Shown here: positions 7,664 through 16,604 of the stretch, one piece after another | How the letters are laid out: the number at the start of each line of letters is the position of its first letter | How positions within the stretch are numbered: the stretch's first letter is position 1 | Position numbers and translations under genes: made by a program | The notes under the pieces: model-generated | Seen by the model: only the letters and a program-made list of their open reading frames with translations | Databases searched by the model: none | Told to the model about the DNA's origin: nothing | Assembly: GCA_036338695.1 (NCBI GenBank) | Contig: JAYZBQ010000074.1 | Coordinates: forward strand, 1-23,414 | Source of the DNA: Myxococcota bacterium | Lineage (GTDB): Bacteria; Myxococcota; UBA4151 | Length of the DNA: 23,414 bases | Reading direction: 5' to 3'

Positions 7664-8845
7664 ATGATCATCTGGCTCATCTTCTTTGTCGTTGGGTTCG
7701 GTCTGGGCGTTGGGTTAGGCTATTGGCTCGTGACGCGGTCGCAAAGCACCGTCGATGCGACGACGGACGTCTTTAGGGAGCTGCTTCGTCAAGAAGAAGA
7801 GAAGGCGGCGGAGCGCCAGCGCGCCATGCTCGAAAGCCTCAAAGACAAGTTCGGAGAGCTCTCACTGCAGTCCATGGCAAAGACCAGCGAGCAGCTCGTT
7901 CAACTCAATCAGCGCGAGCTCGAGTCCCACCAAAAGCAGGGCAAGAAAGAGCTTCAGGGCGCCAAGGAGTTGATCGACGCTGAACTCAAGCGGATGGCGA
8001 GTGAGCTGGAGCAGATGAAGAAGAGCCGCGCCGAACAGTTCGCCGAGCTCAACACCCAACTCAAGGTCCACAGCGAGCGCAGTCAGGCGCTTGAGCTTCA
8101 GACCAAAGCGCTCAGCGAGACCCTGGGCAGTAATCAGGCACGGGGCGCCTGGGGCGAGCGGATGGCGGAGGATATTCTGCGCACCGCAGGCTTCGTTGAG
8201 GGCGTCAATTACCTGAAGCAAAACGATCAAGGCGGCGCCCGCCCTGACTTCACGTTTTTACTCCCGCAAGACTTGATCCTCAACATGGACGTCAAGTTTC
8301 CCTACAAGCAGTTTGTTCGGGTGATCGAGTCGGACAGTGATGAGGAGCGCGAGCGCCACGCCAAGTCCTTTATGACGGACGTCAAGGCGCGGCTCAAAGA
8401 GGTGAGCGGCAAAGCCTACATCGACGCCGAGGCCAACACGGTGGACTATGTGCTTCTGTTCATCCCCAACGATCAGATCTATGCGTTTTTGCATCAGCGC
8501 GACCGCAACCTGCTCGACGAGGCGCTCAAGCAAAAGATCGTTCTGTGCTCACCAGGGACCCTCTTTGCGGTCCTTGCGATCGTACGTCAGGCGATGGACA
8601 GCTTCAAAATCCAAGAGCGCTCAGACCAGCTGCTCGGGATGATCGCCGGGCTGAGTAAAGAGTGGGGCAAGTACTCGGAGCGGATCGACGCGCTCAAAAA
8701 GCAGCACGGCACGCTCAGCCGTACCCTCGATGAGCTCACCACCACCCGGCGCAATCAGCTCAACAAGCACTTCCAGCGCGTCAGCTCGCTCACCACCGAG
8801 GATGAGCCCGCCATGACGGTCCTCACCGGCGGCGAGGACGCCTAG
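7664..8845 (+). CDS. rmuC: DNA recombination protein RmuC
   Basis: N-terminal TM helix, long coiled coil, then RGAWGE, RPDF, MDVKFP, LLFIPND and SPGTL motifs. Confidence 0.92.
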   Translation: MIIWLIFFVVGFGLGVGLGYWLVTRSQSTVDATTDVFRELLRQEEEKAAERQRAMLESLKDKFGELSLQSMAKTSEQLVQLNQRELESHQKQGKKELQGAKELIDAELKRMASELEQMKKSRAEQFAELNTQLKVHSERSQALELQTKALSETLGSNQARGAWGERMAEDILRTAGFVEGVNYLKQNDQGGARPDFTFLLPQDLILNMDVKFPYKQFVRVIESDSDEERERHAKSFMTDVKARLKEVSGKAYIDAEANTVDYVLLFIPNDQIYAFLHQRDRNLLDEALKQKIVLCSPGTLFAVLAIVRQAMDSFKIQERSDQLLGMIAGLSKEWGKYSERIDALKKQHGTLSRTLDELTTTRRNQLNKHFQRVSSLTTEDEPAMTVLTGGEDA

Positions 8846-8860
8846 CGTCGACCGGTCAAA

Positions 8861-11566
8861 TCAGCGCGGCGTGAAGCGGATGGCGTAGTTGGTGTAGCGC
8901 GAGACCTGCCCGCTGGCTTGATAGATCGCCTGCAACGCCGTCTGAGCGTTACGCTGGATGCCGATACTTAGCGAGCGCCTCGTGTACTGAGCGTTTTGGA
9001 TATTGACCTGAATCTGGTTGCTGCCTTCGAACAGGACGACCTGGAAACGGACCGTCGTGCCGGCGCTGTATTCCCGACCGCTGTGTTGGTAGATAAAGCG
9101 CCTTGAGCCAGCGTTTCCAATCGTCTTCCACTGGACCGTGTTGTAGTCGATATCCCCCCAGAATGCGGCGACCATCGGCTGGTTTTCGAGGTTGGAGTAG
9201 TTGGTCGGTAGCCTCTGCCCACTACAGCAGGCATTCCCACCGTCTGACCCGAAGGTCATGGTCCCGTTGCTGCCAATGTACACACGGCTGTAGCTCTGCC
9301 CGTACATTCGGAAGTTAAAGCCGAAGTCGATGGCGCCGGAGGTCACGTCGTCCGAGCGTGAGGTGATTACCGTACGTTGCCAGCCCCCGTTCTCCCACGA
9401 GTAGCGGGGCCCGGAGTCGCAGTTGCTGTTCGCCCAGCGGTAGTCGGCGCTGATCCCGCCGTTGTCACCGCAGCTGATCTCCCGGCAGTTGTTGCTGCAC
9501 AGGTCGTTGTCGTTGTTGTTGCCGTCATCGCAGGCCTCGACGCCCGCCTGAACGATCCCATCGCCGCAGCGCGCCGCCACGCAGTTCGTTCGGCAGGCGT
9601 CGGTCTCAACTTGGTTTCCGTCATCGCAGGCTTCAACGCCGCCTTGAACCACGCCGTCGCCGCAGCGAGCCGGATCGCAGCTGTTCCGGCAGGCGTCGGT
9701 CTCGACCTGGTTTCCATCGTCGCAGCCTTCAACGCCAGCTTGGGTAAATCCATCGCCGCAAGCTGCGCGCGCACAACTGCCGACGCAGGCGTCTGTGTTA
9801 TCTTGGTTGCCGTCATCGCAGGCCTCAACGCCCGCTTGGACAAACCCATCGCCGCACGCTGCGAGCGCGCAGCGACCCACGCAGCCGTCGTCATCGGCTT
9901 CGTTGCCGTCATCACAGGCCTCGTAACCTGGCTCGCCCTCTGCGAGGTCGTCGCGCACGATCGAGTCGCCGCAGCGCGCAACCGTGCACGCGTTGGTGCA
10001 GATGTCCGTATCGGTCTGGTTACCGTCGTCGCAGGCCTCGTAGCCCGCCTCGAGCTCGCCGAGGTCCTGACGGCGCACGCCGTCGCCGCAGGCGGCGACC
10101 TCGCAGTTGTTGCGGCAGGCGTTTCGGTCGTTGCCGTCGCCATCATCACAGGCTTCCTCGCCATCGCGCACGAAGCCGTCGCCGCAGCGCGCCAGGGCGC
10201 ACGTGGTCAAGCAGCCGTCGGTGTTCTCAGCGTTGCCGTCGTCACAGGCTTCATAGCCCGGCGCATCCTGCGCTAAGTCATCGCGCAAGAACCCGTCGCC
10301 GCAGCGAGCCACCTCGCAGTTATTCGTGCACGCGTCCGTGTTGATCTGGTTTCCGTCATCGCAGGCGTCGTTCGGGTCGACGATGCCGTTGCCGCAGATC
10401 TCGACACCGCAGATGGCCGAGCACCCGTCCGCCGGGTCGTTGTTACCGTCGTCGCAGCCTTCGAAACCCGGCGCATCGACCGCCAGGTCTTCACGCAAGA
10501 ACCCGTCGCCGCAGCGCGCCTGCGCGCAGGCGTTTGTGCACGCATCGAGGTCACTACGGTTCCCGTCATCGCAGGCTTCGCCTTCATCGACGATGCCGTT
10601 GCCACAGATCTCACGCAGGCAGGTCGGCGAGCAGCCGTCACCCGCTTCGTCATTACCGTCGTCACAGTCCTCAAACCCGTCGGCGCCCCACTGCAAGCCG
10701 CGGCGCACCACGCCGTCGCCACAGCGCGCCAGCTGGCACGTGTCGGTGCAACCGTCTGAAGCTTCGGTGTTGCCGTCATCACAGACCTCAAAGGGTTCGC
10801 CGTCTTCGTTGAGATCCTGGCGAATGATCCCATCGCCGCAGGCGCCCGGAGCGCAGCGGTTGGTGCAGGCGTCTTCATCGATCAGGTTGCCGTCATCGCA
10901 CTGCTCTCCGGGACCGACGATCCCGTCACCGCAGACTTTGGGTCGGCACTCATCACACTCGTCGTCGGGGTCTTGGTTGCCGTCGTCGCAGCCTTCACCG
11001 AGACCGACGACGCCGTCGCCGCAGATCTGCGGGGTGCAGTCGGACTTGCACGCGTCGGTGTCGTCTTCGTTGCCGTCATCGCACGCCTCAAAGCCCTCAT
11101 CGGCTTCGCCGAGATCTTGCCTGACGACGCCGTCGCCGCAGCGCGCGACCAGGCAGTTGGACAGGCAGGCGTCCTCATTGACCAGGTTCCCATCATCACA
11201 GGTCTCGTAACCGGACATGCCCTCGCTCAGGTCATGGCGAATGACGCCGTCGCCGCAGCGCGCCAGGATGCAGGTGTTCAGGCAGCCGTCTTGCTCGTTG
11301 TCGTTGCCATCGTCGCAGGCTTCAAAGTCGACGTCGTCGGCTTGCAGGTCGGCTCGTGTGATGCCGTCGCCGCAGAAGGCGGTGTCGCAGCTGTTGGTGC
11401 AATCGTCCGTGTTCACGCTGTTGCCGTCGTCGCACGCTTCCCCGACCTCGATGGATCCAGTCCCGCAGTTGGCGGCGCGGTCGCGCACCATGACGTCCGA
11501 TTCCGTGCAGCTCGTGGCGGTGAGCAGGGCGCAGAAAGCCAGGGGCATGAGCAGTCGAGTTGTCAT
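8861..11566 (-). CDS. DUF4215 / Myxococcus cysteine-rich repeat lipoprotein with nidogen-like C-terminal domain
   Basis: Lipobox-like TATSC at residue 20; 19 repeats of CGDG...ExCDDGN...DxCxxxC; C-terminal DD..SGAIDFGFNFRMYGQSYSRVYIGSNG...AAFWGDID. Confidence 0.88.
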   Translation of the reverse strand: MTTRLLMPLAFCALLTATSCTESDVMVRDRAANCGTGSIEVGEACDDGNSVNTDDCTNSCDTAFCGDGITRADLQADDVDFEACDDGNDNEQDGCLNTCILARCGDGVIRHDLSEGMSGYETCDDGNLVNEDACLSNCLVARCGDGVVRQDLGEADEGFEACDDGNEDDTDACKSDCTPQICGDGVVGLGEGCDDGNQDPDDECDECRPKVCGDGIVGPGEQCDDGNLIDEDACTNRCAPGACGDGIIRQDLNEDGEPFEVCDDGNTEASDGCTDTCQLARCGDGVVRRGLQWGADGFEDCDDGNDEAGDGCSPTCLREICGNGIVDEGEACDDGNRSDLDACTNACAQARCGDGFLREDLAVDAPGFEGCDDGNNDPADGCSAICGVEICGNGIVDPNDACDDGNQINTDACTNNCEVARCGDGFLRDDLAQDAPGYEACDDGNAENTDGCLTTCALARCGDGFVRDGEEACDDGDGNDRNACRNNCEVAACGDGVRRQDLGELEAGYEACDDGNQTDTDICTNACTVARCGDSIVRDDLAEGEPGYEACDDGNEADDDGCVGRCALAACGDGFVQAGVEACDDGNQDNTDACVGSCARAACGDGFTQAGVEGCDDGNQVETDACRNSCDPARCGDGVVQGGVEACDDGNQVETDACRTNCVAARCGDGIVQAGVEACDDGNNNDNDLCSNNCREISCGDNGGISADYRWANSNCDSGPRYSWENGGWQRTVITSRSDDVTSGAIDFGFNFRMYGQSYSRVYIGSNGTMTFGSDGGNACCSGQRLPTNYSNLENQPMVAAFWGDIDYNTVQWKTIGNAGSRRFIYQHSGREYSAGTTVRFQVVLFEGSNQIQVNIQNAQYTRRSLSIGIQRNAQTALQAIYQASGQVSRYTNYAIRFTPR
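9485..11467 (-). repeat. Coding tandem repeat array (19 Cys/Asp-rich units)
   Basis: Counted 19 CDDG-containing units in the translation; recurring + strand motifs such as gttgccgtcatcgca and ccgtcgccgcagcgcg. Confidence 0.9.
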
Positions 11567-11649
11567 CGTATACCTCGTCGGTTTGGGGCGATTTTTATGC
11601 CCGATAAGCTACCTGACCCTATCAGGCCTGCAACGTGAAATTCCAGCCG

Positions 11650-12498
11650 TTATGGTTGGGGCGAGTCTGGCTTGGCGGAATTCGAGCACTCGGCGCTGGG
11701 GAGCGCCGGCAATTCGACGGGTTGGTACGGTCGTTCGCCGGCGCGTGCCGTGGCCGCTCGGGCCTGCGTATCAGGGTGGGTTGAGAACCAAGCAGCGAGC
11801 CCCTTGGCTTGGGGGCCTTGGGCGCCGAGCGCCTCGAACATCGTCGCCATACCCTCAGGGTCGATCCCGGCGTCAACCATGAGCACGCGCCCCATGCGGT
11901 CCGCTTCCTCCTCCTGCTCGCGGCTGTGCTTGAGCATCAACAGGCGCATCCCTTGGTCGGCGAACAACGCCAGGTCGGTGCCACCAAAGATCAGCGCCGT
12001 CGCCAGCTGCGTCCCGAGCGCACCGAGCATGCGCCGCATACCATGACGCTGCTCGGCGTGGATGATCTCATGCGCGACCACGCTGGCGACCTCTTCAGGG
12101 CGTTTCGCCAGCTTGAACAGACCCGTGTGGACACCAACCCAGCCGCCTGGCAGCGCAAAAGCGTTGGGCGTCTCGTCCGCGATGACGTGCCAACGGTAGG
12201 GGAACGCCTCGCCCTCGACTTGGGCGACCAGCATCGGTCCGACCTTCTCGAGCCAGCGCATCATCTCCGAGTCAGCGCACGGGTTGTCCTCGTTGACCAT
12301 GCTCTTCATGGCGTACTCGCCGACGGTTTGGTCCCACTCTTTGGGGATGAGCGGGAGGGCGTAGCGGGCGCCTGCGTTGATCGCAAACCACAGGGCGCTG
12401 ATGAGTACGACGAGCCCGAGCGCCAGGAGGATGAGGCTGCCCAAGACGCCGCCGCCACCGCTCGAGCCGAATCCTCCTGGGCGCGCTTCACGGGACAT
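11650..12498 (-). CDS. M48 family zinc metallopeptidase (membrane-anchored)
   Basis: PNAFALPGG, HEIIH (HExxH), HSREQEEEAD and STHP motifs; N-terminal TM helix. Confidence 0.92.
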   Translation of the reverse strand: MSREARPGGFGSSGGGGVLGSLILLALGLVVLISALWFAINAGARYALPLIPKEWDQTVGEYAMKSMVNEDNPCADSEMMRWLEKVGPMLVAQVEGEAFPYRWHVIADETPNAFALPGGWVGVHTGLFKLAKRPEEVASVVAHEIIHAEQRHGMRRMLGALGTQLATALIFGGTDLALFADQGMRLLMLKHSREQEEEADRMGRVLMVDAGIDPEGMATMFEALGAQGPQAKGLAAWFSTHPDTQARAATARAGERPYQPVELPALPSAECSNSAKPDSPQP

Positions 12499-12569
12499 AC
12501 CAAGCTCCTGTTACGGCTCTTCACATGCTCTGGGGATCCCGTTACAGGCAAGCTCGAAGGAGATCGTCG

Positions 12570-13268
12570 ATGCAAACTCAGATCGATCATCAGCCGAGTT
12601 TTGCTTGGCTCAAGGTCCAGCTCGACCCGGGTGACATCATCCAGGCTGAGGCGGGCGCGATGGTGACGATGACACCTGGGCTGCCGATGAGCACGCACTT
12701 GAACGCAGGTAAAGGCGGCATGTTTCGTAAGTTCAGGGCGTTTTTCGTTGCGCTGGTGCGCAAGTTTATCGGTGGAGAGACTTTTTTCGTGAACCGCTTC
12801 GGCGGCGCGCAAGGTGGCGAGGTAGTGTTGGCGCCCGCGCTCTCTGGCGACATCACGCAGATCACGATGACCCCAGCGACGCCACCGATCATTATCCAAA
12901 CCGGCGCGTACCTGGCGAGCACGGGGGATATCGACACCAAGCTGCGATGGGGCGGACTCCGGGGGCTGTTCGGCGGCGAGGGTCTGTTTTTTATGGAGTG
13001 CAGCGGCAACGGCGAGCTCTTCATTAACAGCTACGGCGGGATCATCGAGGTCCCCTGCAACGGTCGCTACATCGTGGACACAGGGCACATCGTCGCCTTT
13101 GACGCGGACTTGAACTTCAAGATTAAGACGCCAGGTGGTGGGGTGCTTGGCTTCCTCGGGAGCGGAGAGGGCTTGGTGATGGAGTTTCATGGCCAAGGCA
13201 CGATCTACATGCAGAGCCGCAACGTGAGCGCATTGGTGGGCTGGGTCTCGCCGATGCTGCCGATGTAA
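12570..13268 (+). CDS. TIGR00266 / AIM24 family protein (1 of 3)
   Basis: Start corrected to ATG 12570 (AAGGAGA upstream); AEAGAMV, GGETFFVNRF, GGEGLF, VDTGHIVAF and GQGTIYMQSR motifs. Confidence 0.9.
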   Translation: MQTQIDHQPSFAWLKVQLDPGDIIQAEAGAMVTMTPGLPMSTHLNAGKGGMFRKFRAFFVALVRKFIGGETFFVNRFGGAQGGEVVLAPALSGDITQITMTPATPPIIIQTGAYLASTGDIDTKLRWGGLRGLFGGEGLFFMECSGNGELFINSYGGIIEVPCNGRYIVDTGHIVAFDADLNFKIKTPGGGVLGFLGSGEGLVMEFHGQGTIYMQSRNVSALVGWVSPMLPM

Positions 13269-13279
13269 GGGGAGGCGTC

Positions 13280-13969
13280 ATGGAAATTGAGGTCAAATAT
13301 CGCCCCGCGCACTCGCTGGGCGTGGTCCGCTTGGGCGCAGGCGAGTCGATCACCGCCGAAGCCGGCGCCATGGTCACCATGAACGATCAGGTGCAGGTCT
13401 CGACGACGGCGCGTGCCGGCGCCGGCGGCGGTCTGTTTAAATCGCTTAAGCGAACCTTTCTGACGGGTGAGTCTTTCTTCACGAACACCTTCACCGGGAC
13501 CAGCGCCGGCGGCGAGGTCACGCTCGCTGCGAGCCTCTGCGGTGACATGAGCGTTCATGACTTGGTGCCCGGAGAGGACCTCCTGATTCAGAGCACCAGC
13601 TATCTAGCGAGCGACTCGAGCGTTGCCCTTGATACGCAGTTCCAAGGGCTTAAGGCTTTGTTCTCAGGTGAGAGTTTCTTCTTCCTGAAGTGCAGCGGCA
13701 AAGGTCAGGTCGCCATGTCGGCCTTTGGGGGCATGGAGGTCATCGACCTCGACGGTGAGATGATCGTCGATACGGGTCATCTCGTCGCCTTCACCTCCGG
13801 GATCAGCTACCGCACGACCAAACCGGGCGGCTCCTGGTTGCAGGCGTTCTTTAGCGGTGAGGGGATCGTGCTGCACGTGAGCGGGAAAGGGCGGCTCTAT
13901 CTCCAGACCCGCAACCCGAGCGAGTACGGCAGCTATGTCGGCAGCAAGCTGCCGGCTAGGGAGCAATAA
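13280..13969 (+). CDS. TIGR00266 / AIM24 family protein (2 of 3)
   Basis: AEAGAMV, GESFFTNTF, VDTGHLVAF and SGEG...GKGRLYLQTR motifs; GGAGG RBS. Confidence 0.9.
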   Translation: MEIEVKYRPAHSLGVVRLGAGESITAEAGAMVTMNDQVQVSTTARAGAGGGLFKSLKRTFLTGESFFTNTFTGTSAGGEVTLAASLCGDMSVHDLVPGEDLLIQSTSYLASDSSVALDTQFQGLKALFSGESFFFLKCSGKGQVAMSAFGGMEVIDLDGEMIVDTGHLVAFTSGISYRTTKPGGSWLQAFFSGEGIVLHVSGKGRLYLQTRNPSEYGSYVGSKLPAREQ

Positions 13970-13970
13970 G

Positions 13971-14654
13971 ATGCAGACAGAGATGTTGCAAAAGCCCGAT
14001 TTTGGGATCCTTAAGGTGACCTTTGAGACGCCCGGGGAGACCATCCTGTGTGAGAGCGGCGCCATGGTGAGCCGCTCGGCTGAAATGCAGATGAAGACGT
14101 CGATGCGTGGTGGGTTGCTCGCCGCAGCCAAGCGTAAGTTGCTCGGCGGAGAGTCGATCTTTCAGAACACCTTTACGGCGACTGCGCCGGGTCAAGAGAT
14201 CTATCTCGCCGCCTCGCCCGAGGGCGACATCGAGCAGCTGACCCTGGCACCGGGTGAAGAGTTTTATCTGCAGAGCGGCGCCTACCTCGCCTCAGAATCC
14301 ACGGTGACCCTCGACACCAAGTTCGGGGGCTTCAAGGGGTTCTTTGGCGCCGGTATGTTTCTGGTCAAAATGGTCGGACCGGGGACCTTTTGGTTCAACA
14401 GCTACGGCGCGCTGCATGCGGTCGACGTGAACGGTCGCTTCACCTGCGACAACGATCACGTGGTCGGCTTTGGGCCCGGCTTGGACTACAACGTGCGGCC
14501 CTTTAACGGGCTGAAGGGGCTCTTCTTCTCGGGCGAGGCGCTCGTCTGTGAGTTCTCGGGGCAGGGGCGTCTGTATGCGCAGACTCGGCGGGGGCCGAAC
14601 CTCGCTGCCTTCTTGCATCCGTTTCGGCCGGTCAAGGCCAGCAGCAACGACTAG
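13971..14654 (+). CDS. TIGR00266 / AIM24 family protein (3 of 3)
   Basis: Start corrected to ATG 13971; ESGAMV, GGESIFQNTF, DNDHVVGF and FSGQGRLYAQTR motifs. Confidence 0.9.
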   Translation: MQTEMLQKPDFGILKVTFETPGETILCESGAMVSRSAEMQMKTSMRGGLLAAAKRKLLGGESIFQNTFTATAPGQEIYLAASPEGDIEQLTLAPGEEFYLQSGAYLASESTVTLDTKFGGFKGFFGAGMFLVKMVGPGTFWFNSYGALHAVDVNGRFTCDNDHVVGFGPGLDYNVRPFNGLKGLFFSGEALVCEFSGQGRLYAQTRRGPNLAAFLHPFRPVKASSND

Positions 14655-14660
14655 CCGCCC

Positions 14661-15524
14661 ATGAAGCTCGGCGCCTTCGAGATCCAGGTGGTAGAGGACG
14701 GGCGGTTCGGGCTCGACGGCGGCGCGATGTTCGGGATTATCCCGCGCCCGCTCTGGGCGCGTTCGAACCCGCCGGACGAGGCGAACCGGATCGAGATGGC
14801 GCTGCGGTGTCTGCTGATCCGGACCGAGGATCGGTGCATCCTGATCGATAACGGCATGGGTGAGCAGTGGGATGCGCGCCAGCGGTCGCAGTTCGCGCTG
14901 AGCCGGACCCCCGTTCCGGGGCTCGTCGAGAACCTTGCAGCGCTCGGCGTGGACCGTCTCGATGTCACCGACATGGTGTTCACGCACTTTCACTTCGACC
15001 ACAACGGCGGCACCGTTCAGCCGGACGGGGCGCTCACGTTTCCCAACGCCATGCATCACGGCTCCAAGACCAACTATGAGCAGGCGCTGAATCCGAGCCC
15101 CAAGGACGCGGGCAGTTTTCGGGTTCAGGATCGCGCTGGGCTGGTGCTGGGTCAGAACCTGACCCTGCATGATGGACCTTGGATCCTTTGCGAGGGGGTC
15201 GACTTTCTCGTCAGCGACGGACACACCTTGGGCATGCATCTTCCCCGGGTTCGAGCCGAGGGTGAGACTTTGGTCTACTGCGCGGACCTCATCCCCACGT
15301 CGAGCCACCTGCACCTGCCTTGGGTGATGGGTTATGATTGCATGCCCGTGCGCACCATCGAGGAAAAAACCGACCTATTGGCTCAAGCCTATGCCGAGCG
15401 CTGGGTTTTGGTGTTCGAGCATGACCCGGAGATCGACGCATGCCGCGTCGATCAGGACGACCGAGGACGCTATCGTCGCGGGGAGGTCATCGACCTCGGC
15501 GGGCGCGGGCGCAGCTGGGGCTAG
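14661..15524 (+). CDS. MBL-fold metallo-hydrolase, YtnP-like
   Basis: FGLDGGAMFGIIPRPLW, THFHFDHNGG (HxHxDH), GHTLG, ADLIP, WVMGYD and FEHDP motifs. Confidence 0.9.
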   Translation: MKLGAFEIQVVEDGRFGLDGGAMFGIIPRPLWARSNPPDEANRIEMALRCLLIRTEDRCILIDNGMGEQWDARQRSQFALSRTPVPGLVENLAALGVDRLDVTDMVFTHFHFDHNGGTVQPDGALTFPNAMHHGSKTNYEQALNPSPKDAGSFRVQDRAGLVLGQNLTLHDGPWILCEGVDFLVSDGHTLGMHLPRVRAEGETLVYCADLIPTSSHLHLPWVMGYDCMPVRTIEEKTDLLAQAYAERWVLVFEHDPEIDACRVDQDDRGRYRRGEVIDLGGRGRSWG

Positions 15525-15527
15525 GCC

Positions 15528-16604
15528 GTGGCGGATCAATCGGGCGAGAAGACAGAAGAGGCCACACCGCATAAACTGCGTGAGGCGCGCAAAAAAGGTC
15601 AGGTCGCCAAATCACAGGACTTTACCACCGGGATCGTCTTCGCGCTTAGCGTGGCGGTGCTCATGATCACGCTCCCGCAGATCTCGAGCGATCTCCAAGC
15701 CTTCGTTAAGCGCTGCTTCCAGATGGGGCTCGAGTCCCCGAGCGCTGCCACGATCACCTTGCTGATGAGCGAGGGGCACATGCTGATCTTGACCATCATC
15801 ATGCCGCTGCTGGGCGTCGCCGTGGTGGCGGCGGTCATGGGGAACTTCATCCAGTTTGGCTTCTTGTTTACGACCAAGCCGCTGGAGCCGGAGCTCAAGA
15901 AGATTAACCCGGTCGAGGGCGCAAAAAATCTGATCTCCAAGAAGAAGCTGGTTCAGATGCTTCTGAGCATCTTGAAGTTCAGTGTGGTGAGCTACTTGGT
16001 CTACAACGCCCTCGCGGAGGACATGAAAAACGTCGTGCGCGCCGGGTTAATTGGCGTGGAGGCCGGCGTGTATGTGCTCTGGGATATGTGCATCCGCCTG
16101 ATCGTTCAGGTCGCCGCCTTCTTGTTTGCCGTCGGCGTCCTCGATAGGTTCTGGCAGCAGCACGTCTTTGCCAAAGAGCAGAGAATGTCCAAACATGACG
16201 TGAAGCAGGAGTACAAACAAACCGAGGGTGACCCGCACATCAAGGGGCAGCGTCGACAGCTCGCCGAAGAGCTTTTGATGCACGGGTCGATCGAGGACGT
16301 AAAGAATGCGGATGTTGTCGTGGTGAATCCAGAGCACATAGCGGTCGCCTTGCGCTACAACGATGATGAGGAGGCGGCGCCACGGGTCATGGCGAAGGGC
16401 CAGCGCGTCATGGCGGAAAAAATCAAAGAGGTGGCGCGGCAGTTTGGCGTCCCGATTATGCGCAATGTCCCGTTGGCGCACGCGCTGCACGATGTCGAGA
16501 TCGGCGAAGAGATCCCAGAGGAGCTCTACGAAGCAGTCGCGGAAGTCCTGAATTTCGTGTATCAGCTGGAGGCAGAAGAGGCGGAGCGTCGTAAGCGTCG
16601 ATGA
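15528..16604 (+). CDS. sctU: Type III secretion export apparatus switch protein (SctU/EscU/FlhB family)
   Basis: GEKTEEATPHKLREARKKGQVAKS, four TM regions, KKINP, KQEYKQTEGDPHIK, VVVNPEHIAVALRY (autocleavage loop) and NVPLAHAL...EIPEELYEAVAEVL. Confidence 0.93.
   Translation: MADQSGEKTEEATPHKLREARKKGQVAKSQDFTTGIVFALSVAVLMITLPQISSDLQAFVKRCFQMGLESPSAATITLLMSEGHMLILTIIMPLLGVAVVAAVMGNFIQFGFLFTTKPLEPELKKINPVEGAKNLISKKKLVQMLLSILKFSVVSYLVYNALAEDMKNVVRAGLIGVEAGVYVLWDMCIRLIVQVAAFLFAVGVLDRFWQQHVFAKEQRMSKHDVKQEYKQTEGDPHIKGQRRQLAEELLMHGSIEDVKNADVVVVNPEHIAVALRYNDDEEAAPRVMAKGQRVMAEKIKEVARQFGVPIMRNVPLAHALHDVEIGEEIPEELYEAVAEVLNFVYQLEAEEAERRKRR

Noticed and set aside
8861..9484. C-terminal head as a diversity-generating retroelement target
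   Set aside because: No reverse transcriptase and no template-repeat copy in the window.
9367..11882. Long alternative-frame ORFs (9377..10276, 10326..11210, 10973..11638 and others) and a CRISPR-like look of the repeats
   Set aside because: By-products of the GC-rich coding repeat; the units are degenerate at synonymous positions and stay in frame, unlike CRISPR repeats.
15528..16604. Calling this a flagellar locus
   Set aside because: No other flagellar genes are present and the neighbouring chaperone is SycD/LcrH-like; a flagellar origin is not excluded without a phylogeny.
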